Both the position numbers and the translations under genes were made by a program. Of a stretch of 56,195 nt of DNA, positions 37,522 to 46,903 are shown in pieces. The stretch's first letter is position 1. The number at the start of each line of letters is the position of its first letter. Below the pieces are notes generated by a model. The model was not told where the DNA came from and made no database searches. It saw nothing but the letters and a program-made list of their open reading frames with translations. The DNA comes from a virus. Its lineage: Duplodnaviria > Caudoviricetes. Location: IMG/VR virus record IMGVR_UViG_3300030060_000209, positions 1 through 56,195 of that record. One strand, written 5' to 3'.

Positions 37522-38138
37522 TGGAAGGCGGATTTTCACGGAAAAGAAAGCTTGGTAAAGCTTTGTCTGGCGGTTTGTTAGGTCAATTGTTGGGAGAGGC
37601 TGGCAATACTATATCAGACGCTGACAGAGCTAGGTTGCAAGCGATGATGGGTTCCGCAGGTGCGGGGGCTGGAGCAGCCGCAGCTTTAGGAGAAACTGGA
37701 AAGTCTATATCAAATGCTGATAGGGCTAGGCTTCAAGAACTTTTAGGCTCTATGACAAGTCCACGGCGTAAAACTGACAGACAGCTTATGCAGTTTGAAA
37801 AAGGCGGCAAAGTCAAGAAACCTAAAACACTTCCAAAGCCAAAGCCAAAGATTGGTGATCGTAACGAAATGGGTCCAATCTACACAGACACTAAAACTGG
37901 TAAGAAAGTTAAGCGCCTCAATAAAGGCGGTGGCCTTAATGCTGCAATTAATAGAGTTAAAAAGGCACAAGGCATGGAAAAAGGCGGCGCGGCATTTCCT
38001 GATCTGACAGGTGACGGTAAGGTTACGCAGAAGGATATTCTTAAAGGCCGTGGTGTTGATCTTAAACAAGATGGCGGCGCAGTTCGTGGTATGGGCAGGG
38101 CTTATATGGGTGCGCCTAGAAAAGTTAAGATAAGGTGA
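37521..38138 (+). CDS. Basic GG-motif protein with EF-hand-like loop
   Basis: FEKGGKV, LNKGGGL, MEKGGAA, KQDGGAV; DLTGDGKVTQKD; internal IS(D/N)ADRARLQ repeat. Confidence 0.65.
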   Translation: MEGGFSRKRKLGKALSGGLLGQLLGEAGNTISDADRARLQAMMGSAGAGAGAAAALGETGKSISNADRARLQELLGSMTSPRRKTDRQLMQFEKGGKVKKPKTLPKPKPKIGDRNEMGPIYTDTKTGKKVKRLNKGGGLNAAINRVKKAQGMEKGGAAFPDLTGDGKVTQKDILKGRGVDLKQDGGAVRGMGRAYMGAPRKVKIR

Positions 38139-38258
38139 TGTTATTTAACTTTGGTGTTATAGTGCGAGAGAGGCTGGCTTATGGCTTTGCGGTCATGCTT
38201 GATGCCCTTCTCGTGACTGCGCCGAAGTCAGTCTCACCTAAATCGGAAAGGACCAGAC

Positions 38259-40697
38259 ATGGCTGTTGAAAAAGGAATAGGGGCTGGCAATCCAGAAATG
38301 GTTGCCCAAGAACAGGCCGAGATTGATATTATAGAATTTCCTGCCCAGCCCGGTGTTATGGAAATGGATGATGGTTCTGCCATTGTTGGTGAAATCGTTG
38401 AAGAACAAATTGTTCAAGATATTCCTTTTGATGCAAATCTGGCTGAATTTGTCGATGATGGTGATTTAGGTGTTATTGCATCTGATCTATCTGGAGACAT
38501 TGAAGATGATTTGTCCTCCCGTCAGGATTGGGAGGACACATATAAACGCGGTATTGAGCTTCTGGGCATGAACTACGAAGAGCGTAGCCAGCCGTTTGAG
38601 GGTGCTACTGGTGTTGTTCATCCGCTTCTTGCCGAGTCAGTGACGCAGTTTCAAGCACAAGCTTACCGTGAGATGTTACCATCTGGTGGCCCTGTTCGCA
38701 CACAGACTATGGGCGCAGAGACACCCCAGCTTGTACAGCAAGCTCAACGTGTTAAAGATTACATGAACTATATGATTACCTACGAGATGGAAGAGTATGA
38801 TCCTGAAACAGATCAGATGCTATTTTATCTACCGATTGTAGGTTCAACATTTAAAAAGGTTTATTTTGACCCACTGTTACAGAGAGCGGTTAGCAAATTT
38901 GTACATGCTGAAGATGTTGTTGTTCCTTATGGCGCAACTGATTTGCTTACTACGCCGCGTATTACGCATATTATTCGCATGGATAAGAACGAAATTCTGA
39001 AGTTACAACTTGCAGGGTTTTACAAAGCCATTGATCTGCCAGGTGGATCTCCTAACACAGAGGATTATAGTGGCGTAAAAGAAGCTTTAAATGAAGCTCA
39101 AGGCGTACAATTGTCCGGCTCTGGATCTGAAGAGCTTATTCTTCATGAGGTTCATACGTCTTTGGATTTAACTGGCTTTGAAGATATGGATATGGCGGGT
39201 GAACCTACTGGTTTGAAAATGCCATATGTAGTTACCATCCTAGAGGCCACCAACGAGATATTGTCCATTCGCAGGAATTATAGCGAAATGGATCCGCTAA
39301 TGCGTAGACAGCAGTATTTTGTGCATTATAAGTTTTTGCCCGGTCTAGGCTTCTATGGTTTTGGACTTACACACATGATTGGCGGTCTATCTCAAGCTTC
39401 TACAAGCATTTTAAGGCAATTAATTGACGCTGGCACGTTATCTAACCTACCTGCTGGCTTTAAAGCCCGTGGCGCTCGTATTCGTGATGAAGATGAGCCG
39501 CTGCGCCCCGGTGAGTTCCGCGATATAGACTCCGCTGGCATGGATATTCGTCAATCTATCATGACATTGCCGTTTAAAGAGCCTTCACAGACGCTATACA
39601 GCCTCTTAGGAGGGCTTGTAGAGGCTGGTAGGCGGTTTGCGTCTATGGCAGACATGAAAATAGGTGAAATGGGCGGAGAAACGCCTGTAGGGACTACAAT
39701 GGCGATTATGGAGCGTGGCACAAAGGTCATGTCAGCCATTCATAAGCGTCTTCATTACTCTCAAAAGCAGGAATTTAAGATTTTAGCCAATATTTTTGCC
39801 AGAAACATGGCTCCTGTGTATCCATATTCTGTTCCAGGTGCGCCTCCAGAGATAAAACAGGCTGATTTTGATGATCGTATTGATGTTTTGCCTGTTTCTG
39901 ACCCAAATATCTTCTCTATGTCGCAACGTATCGCCTTGGCACAGACAGAATTGCAGTTAGTCCAGTCTAATCCAGAAATACATGGCGCAGAACAAGGCTT
40001 GTATCAGGCATATAGGAAGATGTACGAGGCGCTTGGCGTTACCAATATTGACGCTATTTTGCCCATTCCACCACAGCCACAGCCAGCTAATCCAGCCAAG
40101 GAAAATCAAGAAGCTATGCGTGGTCAGCGTTTGCAAGCGTTCCCTGATCAAAACCATGAGGCTCATATTGAGGCTCACCTTGCCATTTTATCAACGCCAG
40201 TAGCGCAAGCAAACGCAACGATTGTTATGACCTTGCAGGGTCATATTCAGGAACACATTGGCATGATGGCAGAAATCCAAGCACAGCAGGAAATCATGTC
40301 TCAACTTGATCCAGAGGCTGGAATGGTATTGCAGGAAAACCCACAAATGGCTCAACAGCTACAAGGGCAAATAGCTAACAAAGCTGCGGAGCTAATTGGT
40401 GAACTGACTGAGCAATATGCACAAGCTGTTGCACCTGCCGACTCAGCCCAGACAGATCCACTTGTTCAAATTAGGCAACAGGAACTGTCCTTGAGAGGCG
40501 CAGAGATTCAAGAAAAAGCTCGACAATTTGAAGAAAGACAAGAGCTTGAAAAACAAAAAGAGCGCAATGATGTTTTGTTGGCTCAACAAAGACTTGATTT
40601 AACCGAGGAGGCTACTGCGGAGAAAACCCGTGTGGCTGAAGAGAGAATCCAGACCCAGCGAGATATTGCTGCGGCAAACTTACAAAGGAAAATGTGA
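38259..40697 (+). CDS. Portal protein (P22-like podoviral)
   Basis: 812 aa after terL; HPLLAESVTQFQAQAY, PGLGFYGFGL, RQLIDAGTLSNLPAGFK; Q/E-rich C-terminal barrel. Confidence 0.9.
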   Translation: MAVEKGIGAGNPEMVAQEQAEIDIIEFPAQPGVMEMDDGSAIVGEIVEEQIVQDIPFDANLAEFVDDGDLGVIASDLSGDIEDDLSSRQDWEDTYKRGIELLGMNYEERSQPFEGATGVVHPLLAESVTQFQAQAYREMLPSGGPVRTQTMGAETPQLVQQAQRVKDYMNYMITYEMEEYDPETDQMLFYLPIVGSTFKKVYFDPLLQRAVSKFVHAEDVVVPYGATDLLTTPRITHIIRMDKNEILKLQLAGFYKAIDLPGGSPNTEDYSGVKEALNEAQGVQLSGSGSEELILHEVHTSLDLTGFEDMDMAGEPTGLKMPYVVTILEATNEILSIRRNYSEMDPLMRRQQYFVHYKFLPGLGFYGFGLTHMIGGLSQASTSILRQLIDAGTLSNLPAGFKARGARIRDEDEPLRPGEFRDIDSAGMDIRQSIMTLPFKEPSQTLYSLLGGLVEAGRRFASMADMKIGEMGGETPVGTTMAIMERGTKVMSAIHKRLHYSQKQEFKILANIFARNMAPVYPYSVPGAPPEIKQADFDDRIDVLPVSDPNIFSMSQRIALAQTELQLVQSNPEIHGAEQGLYQAYRKMYEALGVTNIDAILPIPPQPQPANPAKENQEAMRGQRLQAFPDQNHEAHIEAHLAILSTPVAQANATIVMTLQGHIQEHIGMMAEIQAQQEIMSQLDPEAGMVLQENPQMAQQLQGQIANKAAELIGELTEQYAQAVAPADSAQTDPLVQIRQQELSLRGAEIQEKARQFEERQELEKQKERNDVLLAQQRLDLTEEATAEKTRVAEERIQTQRDIAAANLQRKM

Positions 40698-40951
40698 TGT
40701 CTGCAAGTTCTGTACGTTCAAAATTTATGGAAGTTGAAAAAGAAAAAAAGCGTCAAACTCGTTTGAAGGAAGCTGGTGTTGTTGCTGCTCCTGTTAAGGA
40801 AGAAGCTCCAAAACCTTTTAAGCCTGTTCGTGCTAGAAATGAAGATGGCACATTGAAGTCTGATGACAAATCAACTCCTAATGTGAATGAGGCTTGGGTA
40901 GGCGGAAAAGCACCCAAGAAAAAAGCTTCATCTAAAAAGAAGAAGTCATGA
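40694..40951 (+). CDS. Small basic hypothetical protein
   Basis: RARNEDGTLKSDDKSTPNVNEAW motif. Confidence 0.65.
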   Translation: MMSASSVRSKFMEVEKEKKRQTRLKEAGVVAAPVKEEAPKPFKPVRARNEDGTLKSDDKSTPNVNEAWVGGKAPKKKASSKKKKS

Positions 40952-41163
40952 CTGACAAAAAAGATACACCTCCGTTGAAAGATCTAATGCTGGGTCTTAG
41001 CGATGAGCAGATAAAGATAATCAAGGAGGCTATAGAAGCGGGTAAGAAAGGCTTTAAGTATGATACGAAGACTGGTCAACGCGATTTTGGATTTAGTAAA
41101 GGCGGTGGTGTCTGCCGTGGGCAAGGTCGTGTCTCGCGTAAAAGAGAGTTTAAAATCTATTAA
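40948..41163 (+). CDS. Small basic GG-motif protein
   Basis: FSKGGGVCRGQGRVSRKREFKIY. Confidence 0.6.
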   Translation: MTDKKDTPPLKDLMLGLSDEQIKIIKEAIEAGKKGFKYDTKTGQRDFGFSKGGGVCRGQGRVSRKREFKIY

Positions 41164-41480
41164 TGGTTAAAAAGCTTTCAGAAAACTCTAGGTTTGCACA
41201 GTTTGACCTAGATGATGATGGAACCGTGACGGATGAGGAAATCGCTCACGCAAAGGATATGCTTGAGTTAGAGCTTCGTGAGGAAAAAGCGGACGCACAA
41301 AAGCGCATGGCTTGGATTGCTGTGGCTAGTATGGTTGGCTTTGCCTTATTGCCGTTGGTTCCAATGATACCAGAAAGCAGATTGCAGTTTTTAGCAAGTT
41401 TAAGTGATATGTTATTTTTAAGTCAGGCATCTATTGTGGGATTTTATTTTGGCGCACAGGCTTATATGGCTAAAAAATGA
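41163..41480 (+). CDS. Two-TM membrane protein with EF-hand-like loop (holin-like)
   Basis: DLDDDGTVTDEE followed by two hydrophobic helices. Confidence 0.6.
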   Translation: MVKKLSENSRFAQFDLDDDGTVTDEEIAHAKDMLELELREEKADAQKRMAWIAVASMVGFALLPLVPMIPESRLQFLASLSDMLFLSQASIVGFYFGAQAYMAKK

Positions 41481-41689
41481 TACACGCATTTCTATTGGTT
41501 GTGGTGTTAGGAGGGAAAATCCAGAGCCAAGATATGTACTTCAGGTCCGTTGTTGATTGTAATTTTTTTGCATCACAAGTGACCAAAAGGTACGGAAACT
41601 ACCAACATTATAATAGCGTTCCCTCAGAGCATAAAGTTACGGCATATTGCAAACCAGTTAAAGTGAGTCCAAATAAAGAGTTATATTAA
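41477..41689 (+). CDS. Small Cys-containing hypothetical protein
   Basis: Hydrophobic N-terminus, C...AYCKP. Confidence 0.6.
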   Translation: MIHAFLLVVVLGGKIQSQDMYFRSVVDCNFFASQVTKRYGNYQHYNSVPSEHKVTAYCKPVKVSPNKELY

Positions 41690-41910
41690 TGGCCTTGAGA
41701 GAGTACATTTTGGTAATTTCAATGTGGGGAAATGATGGATCCATTGATCATTATATTGGGCAAATGTCACTTCAGCAACCTATGAGTCAAAAACAATGTC
41801 ACTGGATGTTGGAAGATGAAAGATGGTCAGCCGCTTACGATAATAAGCATTATAAAATGGCTATGCACTGTTTTCCAAAAGATTGCGCGGGGAAATCAAC
41901 TTGTGAGTGA
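41689..41910 (+). CDS. Small Cys-containing hypothetical protein
   Basis: 73 aa, TAATG coupling. Confidence 0.55.
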   Translation: MALREYILVISMWGNDGSIDHYIGQMSLQQPMSQKQCHWMLEDERWSAAYDNKHYKMAMHCFPKDCAGKSTCE

Positions 41911-42115
41911 AGAAAAGAAAAAACCAGTATCTATAGCGGTTGGCGAAAACAGTTTTGAACTTGTTTTGCGTATATTGGGCAACGAATTTGTGGCTATAAA
42001 GATAGGATCCACTAATTTTAGCGGTAAGCTAATCGCTGGTGGTATTTTGTTGTTGTTTTTTACATTTATGCTTATGGAGGTTTTTGGTCTATCACGAATT
42101 ATGGGTGTTGAGTGA
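41903..42115 (+). CDS. Small membrane protein
   Basis: GTG start at 41903 in frame with the tracked ORF; C-terminal TM helix. Confidence 0.55.
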   Translation: MSEEKKKPVSIAVGENSFELVLRILGNEFVAIKIGSTNFSGKLIAGGILLLFFTFMLMEVFGLSRIMGVE

Positions 42116-42177
42116 TGTTTTATTTATTGCCAGTTTTATGGCTTTTGGGATTTGTTGGCGGGTATTATTTAGGATAA
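42115..42177 (+). CDS. 20-aa hydrophobic microprotein
   Basis: TGATG coupling; MFYLLPVLWLLGFVGGYYLG; fills gap exactly to next start. Confidence 0.45.
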   Translation: MFYLLPVLWLLGFVGGYYLG

Positions 42178-42585
42178 GTGATGGCTACCAAGTTAAGCGA
42201 AAACACTGAATTAGCCATGCCTATCCGCAATTTGATTGCATTGCTTATCGCTGCAACCGTTGGCACTTGGGCGTATTTTGGTGTTATTGAACGCCTTAAC
42301 ACTATAGAGAATAAAATTCTGTTGATGGAGACAGATTTAGGCATGAATACAGAGTTTCGCATCAAATGGCCTAGAGGTGAAATGGGGAGCTTACCCGCTG
42401 ATTCTGAACAGTTTATGCTAATAGAGCATCTGTCAGATCAGCTTGCAAAACTACAAGAACAGATAGACGAAGGTCGCGCCCCACATGATCAGCAGCAAAA
42501 ACTGACTTTAGATTTTTTTGAAAAACGGTTAACGAATATAGAAGGACAAATCGAAAAATTAAGGAACGGGCAACGTGGTAACTGA
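42178..42585 (+). CDS. TM plus coiled-coil hypothetical protein
   Basis: LSENTELAMPIRNLIALLIAA..EFRIKWPRG. Confidence 0.65.
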   Translation: MMATKLSENTELAMPIRNLIALLIAATVGTWAYFGVIERLNTIENKILLMETDLGMNTEFRIKWPRGEMGSLPADSEQFMLIEHLSDQLAKLQEQIDEGRAPHDQQQKLTLDFFEKRLTNIEGQIEKLRNGQRGN

Positions 42586-42793
42586 AACAATAACATTGAT
42601 ACTCTACATGGGCGGTGATATTGCAGAGCATACAGCGTTTGAAAAAATATCCAAATGCCTTAAAACCAAGCGCAAAATCGAGCGCAACTTGTACAAGAAA
42701 TCAACAGCGGTTCGCTACGCTTGCGAAAACAAAACCGTTGTGATTGAAAAAAATGATGATGGTTCAAATTATATCGTGAGGATAGTTGAATGA
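42575..42793 (+). CDS. Small Cys-containing hypothetical protein
   Basis: SKCLKTKRKIER...YAC. Confidence 0.6.
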   Translation: MVTETITLILYMGGDIAEHTAFEKISKCLKTKRKIERNLYKKSTAVRYACENKTVVIEKNDDGSNYIVRIVE

Positions 42794-43176
42794 TACAAGC
42801 ATTGATTGGTCCTATATCCTCTCTAGCTGGTACATGGCTAGAAGGTAAGGTTGAAAAGACAAAGGCTGAAGCTGGTGCAAAAGTAGCAAAAGCCAAAGCT
42901 GAAGCAGTGATAATGGAAAAGAAAGCCACAGGCGAGATTGATTGGGATCTCAAGATGGCTGATGCTTCTGCACATAGCTGGAAAGATGAATGGATTACAA
43001 TTTTGTTTAGTATCCCGCTTATCCTAGCCTTCTGTGGTGATTGGGGTAGGCAAATAGTGTCAGAGGGTTTTGCGGCTCTTGAGGCCATGCCGCAGTACTA
43101 TCAATATACGCTTGGAGTTATCGTGAGCGCGAGTTTTGGAACACGGGCGGCAACAAAGTTTTTTGGTAAGAAATAA
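42790..43176 (+). CDS. Putative holin (3-TM type)
   Basis: SWKDEWITILFSIP...YQYTLGVIVSASFG.R; basic C-terminus. Confidence 0.65.
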   Translation: MIQALIGPISSLAGTWLEGKVEKTKAEAGAKVAKAKAEAVIMEKKATGEIDWDLKMADASAHSWKDEWITILFSIPLILAFCGDWGRQIVSEGFAALEAMPQYYQYTLGVIVSASFGTRAATKFFGKK

Positions 43177-43373
43177 TGGACGCAATTACACTTGCGGAAT
43201 ATTTGTTAAAGAACATACGTCAAGACAAAGCTGATTATACACAGCGTCTTGCGGATGGTGCGATAGAGGATCACTCCGACTATCGGTTCATGGTGGGTCA
43301 AATACGCGGCTTGACTCAATGTGAGGAACATATAAAGACCGCGATGAAAGGCATAGAGCTAGAAGATGGCTAA
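43176..43373 (+). CDS. Hypothetical protein preceding GroES
   Basis: YRFMVGQIRGL motif. Confidence 0.65.
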   Translation: MDAITLAEYLLKNIRQDKADYTQRLADGAIEDHSDYRFMVGQIRGLTQCEEHIKTAMKGIELEDG

Positions 43374-43854
43374 AAAACTATTCGTACCAGACAGGTACGC
43401 GAATAAACAAAAATCAAAACCTCCAGTTTCAGAAGTACCAAAAGCAATATCAAAGGGTTTTGAGTCTCCAGAAGAAAACAAACAAAATACAGAAGACCCA
43501 TCTAAGATGGAGGCTTCTGCTATTGATAGGTTGCCTAATCCTGTGGGTTATAGGCTGCTTGTTATTCCCTATTACATGAAACAGAAGACTGCTGGGGGTA
43601 TTATTATTCCTGAAACTATCCGTGAGCGTGAAAATCATGCAACTGTTGCAGCTTATGTTGTGAAGATGGGGCCAGATGCTTACTGTGATGCCAATAAATT
43701 CCCAACAGGAGCTTGGTGTGATGAGAAATCATGGGTATTAATGGGCAGATATGCTGGAAATAGGTTTAAAGTGGACGGTTTAGAAGTTAGGCTTATAAAT
43801 GACGATAATGTTATAGCCACGATACTTGACCCCGCTGATATTTCTTATGTATAG
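43366..43854 (+). CDS. groES: Co-chaperonin GroES (Cpn10)-like protein
   Basis: PVGYRLLV...KTAGGIIIP..VVKMGPD..RYAG..EVRLINDDNVIA. Confidence 0.88.
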   Translation: MAKKLFVPDRYANKQKSKPPVSEVPKAISKGFESPEENKQNTEDPSKMEASAIDRLPNPVGYRLLVIPYYMKQKTAGGIIIPETIRERENHATVAAYVVKMGPDAYCDANKFPTGAWCDEKSWVLMGRYAGNRFKVDGLEVRLINDDNVIATILDPADISYV

Positions 43855-43873
43855 TCCAGAACAGGAGCATATA

Positions 43874-44803
43874 ATGCAACAGGAAGAATTAGTGAAAAAC
43901 GAAGCCGAACAAGAAACTGTTTCCTTTGAAATAGAGGATGATCAGCCTCAACAAGTTGAAGTTTCTGAAAAAGTTGAAGCTGCTCAAGAGGAGCCTGAAG
44001 AAAAAACCAGTACAATTGTACAGGAAGAAGATTCTTCAGAGCTTGAAAACTACAGTGAAAATGTTCAGAAAAGAATTAATCAGTTAACTGCAAAGCGTAA
44101 ACAGGCTCTTGAAGAGGCAGAGGCTGCATATACTTACGCACAGCAAGTGCAACAACAAAACGAAGAGATGAAACAGCGTATAGCTCAGTTAGATCAGGGT
44201 TATATTGCTGAATATGATGGTCGTGTCGAAAGTCAAACTGCTGCGGCAAAAAGAATGCTTCAGGAGGCTTATGATAATGGCGACATGGAAAAAATGGCAC
44301 AAGCTCAAGAAGTTATTTCTGGTTTGGCTATTGAAAAAGAACGACTTCGTATTCAAAAAAATCGCCAACAAAGACAGGCACAGGCTCCTGCTCAACAACA
44401 GGCACCTCAACAAGTTGCTCAACCACAACAACAGGAACTTGATCCAAAGCTTAAAAGCTGGATGAGTAAAAATTCGTGGTTTGGCACTGATATGTTTATG
44501 ACTCGTGGAGCCACAGCGCTGCACGAACAATTAGTGGCTCAAGAGGGATTTGATCCTTCGTCTGACGAGTATTACGCAGAGATTGACAGGCGTATGCGTC
44601 AAGAGATGCCTCACAAGTTTCAGGAGCAAAGGCAAAGCGCTCAAGCCGTTGCCCCTGCGTCTAATGGACGGTCATCAAGTAAAACTGGGCGGAAAAAGAC
44701 GGTGGAGTTAACACCGGGTCAAGTAGCTTTTGCTACTAAAATGAAAATACCTCTTGAGAGGTATGCAAAAGAGGTTGCAAAACTAGAGAGGAAGGTCAAA
44801 TGA
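43874..44803 (+). CDS. Putative scaffolding protein
   Basis: Acidic N-terminus, coiled coil (YSENVQKRINQLT), upstream of capsid; SD GGAG. Confidence 0.7.
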   Translation: MQQEELVKNEAEQETVSFEIEDDQPQQVEVSEKVEAAQEEPEEKTSTIVQEEDSSELENYSENVQKRINQLTAKRKQALEEAEAAYTYAQQVQQQNEEMKQRIAQLDQGYIAEYDGRVESQTAAAKRMLQEAYDNGDMEKMAQAQEVISGLAIEKERLRIQKNRQQRQAQAPAQQQAPQQVAQPQQQELDPKLKSWMSKNSWFGTDMFMTRGATALHEQLVAQEGFDPSSDEYYAEIDRRMRQEMPHKFQEQRQSAQAVAPASNGRSSSKTGRKKTVELTPGQVAFATKMKIPLERYAKEVAKLERKVK

Positions 44804-45261
44804 CTGATCGCGCAAGTAGGGATTCGCAAACCCGTGAAAAAACAGCGAGAGTTGCAGATTGGCGACCACCTTCAACTTTGGAGGCACCTGAAGCCCCGGT
44901 AGGCTACAAACACCGTTGGATCCGTGAGTCCGTAATGGGCTACGATGACAAGAATAACGTACATAAGAGGCGTAGAGAAGGATGGGAGCTTGTAAGAGCG
45001 GAAGAATACCCTGATTTTGATGCCCCTGTTTTGGATGAAGGAAAAAACGCTGGCGTGATTGGCGTAGGAGGTTTGGTTTTAGCCAGAATCCCTGAAGAGA
45101 TCGTGGATCAAAGAACTGCTCACTATCAAAATGTGACGCAAAATCAAATGGAAGCTGTGGATCGTGATTGGATGCGTGAAAACAATCCAAACATGCCAAA
45201 GCAAAAACCTCAACGCTCCTCTTCCGTATCCTTTGGTGGACCAAAGGGAGGGGACAGTTAG
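44800..45261 (+). CDS. Head-module hypothetical protein
   Basis: WRPPSTLEAP..GYKHRWIR..REGWELVR..GVGGLVLARIP. Confidence 0.7.
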   Translation: MTDRASRDSQTREKTARVADWRPPSTLEAPEAPVGYKHRWIRESVMGYDDKNNVHKRRREGWELVRAEEYPDFDAPVLDEGKNAGVIGVGGLVLARIPEEIVDQRTAHYQNVTQNQMEAVDRDWMRENNPNMPKQKPQRSSSVSFGGPKGGDS

Positions 45262-45277
45262 TCAAGGAGACTAGATC

Positions 45278-45862
45278 ATGGCGAATAATGATGCCGCATT
45301 TGGCATGCGCCCTGTCAAAAGAATAGGGGGAACTCCCTATACTGGTGGGCAAAGCCGTTATCGTATCGCCGCTAACTACGGAACAGCCATTTTCCAAGGA
45401 GACATGGTTGCTCAAGTTACTGGTGGTGGAATTGAAGTTCACGCTGATGGTGGCACTGTGCCAATCGTTGGTGTGTTCAATGGATGTATGTACACTGATC
45501 CAACAACAAAGGAGCAGAAGTTTTCAAATTTCTATCCTGCAAGCACTAATGCTTCTGACATTATTGCTTTTGTCATTGATGATCCTATGGTCATTTTTGA
45601 AATTCAGTGTAATGCTGCATTCCCTGTTGCCGACTTGTTTGGCAACTTTGACATTGTTTACACTTCCGCTGGAAGCACAACAACTGGCATCTCTGGTGCA
45701 GAGTTGAATGTGTCTGACGGTGCGACAACTGCAAACTTGTCACTCAAGGTGATAGACATCTCTGAAGATCCAGAGAATAGCGATGTATCTTCTGATGCAA
45801 CGAATGTCTATTGTGTCATTCAAAATCATGTCTTCGGCCAGAAGGCCGCTGGCTTGGCATAA
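45278..45862 (+). CDS. Putative capsid decoration/cement protein
   Basis: Directly upstream of MCP; FGMRP..IFQGD.V..GVFNGC. Confidence 0.6.
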   Translation: MANNDAAFGMRPVKRIGGTPYTGGQSRYRIAANYGTAIFQGDMVAQVTGGGIEVHADGGTVPIVGVFNGCMYTDPTTKEQKFSNFYPASTNASDIIAFVIDDPMVIFEIQCNAAFPVADLFGNFDIVYTSAGSTTTGISGAELNVSDGATTANLSLKVIDISEDPENSDVSSDATNVYCVIQNHVFGQKAAGLA

Positions 45863-45874
45863 GGAGGCTGAAAA

Positions 45875-46783
45875 ATGGCTATTTCTCGCGCCCAACTAGC
45901 GAAAGAGCTAGAACCCGGCCTAAACGCTCTGTTCGGAATGGAATATGATCGTTATGATGCCGAGCATGCTGAAATCTATGACACCGAAGCTTCAGATCGT
46001 GCATTTGAAGAAGAAGTGATGATCACTGGTTTTGGTAACGCAAACACTAAAACAGAGGGATCTGGAGTCGTTTTTGATTCTGCCTCTGAAGCATACACAG
46101 CACGTTATACGCATGAGACAATTGCTCTCGCATTCGCGTTGACGGAAGAAGCGATGGAAGACAACCTTTATGATCGCCTTGGCGCTCGTTACACAAAGGC
46201 TCTTGCTCGTTCAATGGCTCATACAAAGCAAGTTAAAGCTGCCGCAGTTCTTAACAATGCTTTTGATAGCAGCTTTACAGGTGGTGACGGTAAGGAGCTT
46301 TGCGCTACTGACCATCCTCTGTCTGGTGGCGGAACTTTCCGTAATGAGCCTTCAACTGCTGCTGACCTCAACGAAACTTCACTTGAGAATGCCTTAATTG
46401 ACATCTCAACATTCGTTGATGAGCGGAACATGATTATTGCGCTTCGTGGCGTAAAATTGATTGTTCCACCACAGCTTCAGTTCATTGCTGATCGTTTGCT
46501 TGAGTCAACACTTCGTCCAGGCACAGCCGACAACGATGTGAACGCTCATAGAAACATGGGCATGCTCCCAGAGGGCTATGTCGTTAACCATTTCCTGACT
46601 GATACAGATGCTTTCTTTATCAAGACGGATACACCTAACGGCTTCAAGCACTTTGAGCGCACACCAATGTCAACTGGTATGGAAGCTGACTTCGATACTG
46701 GTAACATGCGTTTCAAGGCTCGTGAGCGTTACAGCTTTGGATTTAGTGATCCTCGCGCAGTGTTCGGTTCACCGGGCGCATAA
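45875..46783 (+). CDS. Major capsid protein
   Basis: MAISRAQLAKELEPGLNALFG..LIVPPQL..KARERYSFGFSDPR; strong SD; downstream terminator. Confidence 0.92.
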   Translation: MAISRAQLAKELEPGLNALFGMEYDRYDAEHAEIYDTEASDRAFEEEVMITGFGNANTKTEGSGVVFDSASEAYTARYTHETIALAFALTEEAMEDNLYDRLGARYTKALARSMAHTKQVKAAAVLNNAFDSSFTGGDGKELCATDHPLSGGGTFRNEPSTAADLNETSLENALIDISTFVDERNMIIALRGVKLIVPPQLQFIADRLLESTLRPGTADNDVNAHRNMGMLPEGYVVNHFLTDTDAFFIKTDTPNGFKHFERTPMSTGMEADFDTGNMRFKARERYSFGFSDPRAVFGSPGA

Positions 46784-46803
46784 CGCACAATTGTACTTGT
46801 TTG

Positions 46804-46836
46804 GAGAGGGCGGCAGTTGCCGCCCTTTCTTTTTTC
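46804..46836 (+). terminator. Rho-independent terminator after capsid gene
   Basis: GAGAGGGCGGC-AGTT-GCCGCCCTTTC-TTTTTT. Confidence 0.85.
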
Positions 46837-46903
46837 ATGTATAGTTTTTTTATCCCTGACAGATTCAAGGTGGATCTGACACTAGCCACGACAGGAGATC
46901 AAA

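Noticed and set aside
8624-46801. Simple host LexA regulon explanation for the 22-bp palindrome
   Set aside because: Not fully excluded, but promoters suggest an alphaproteobacterial host whose LexA box is a direct repeat, the AATT centre and outer arms are conserved beyond LexA needs, and most sites do not overlap promoters
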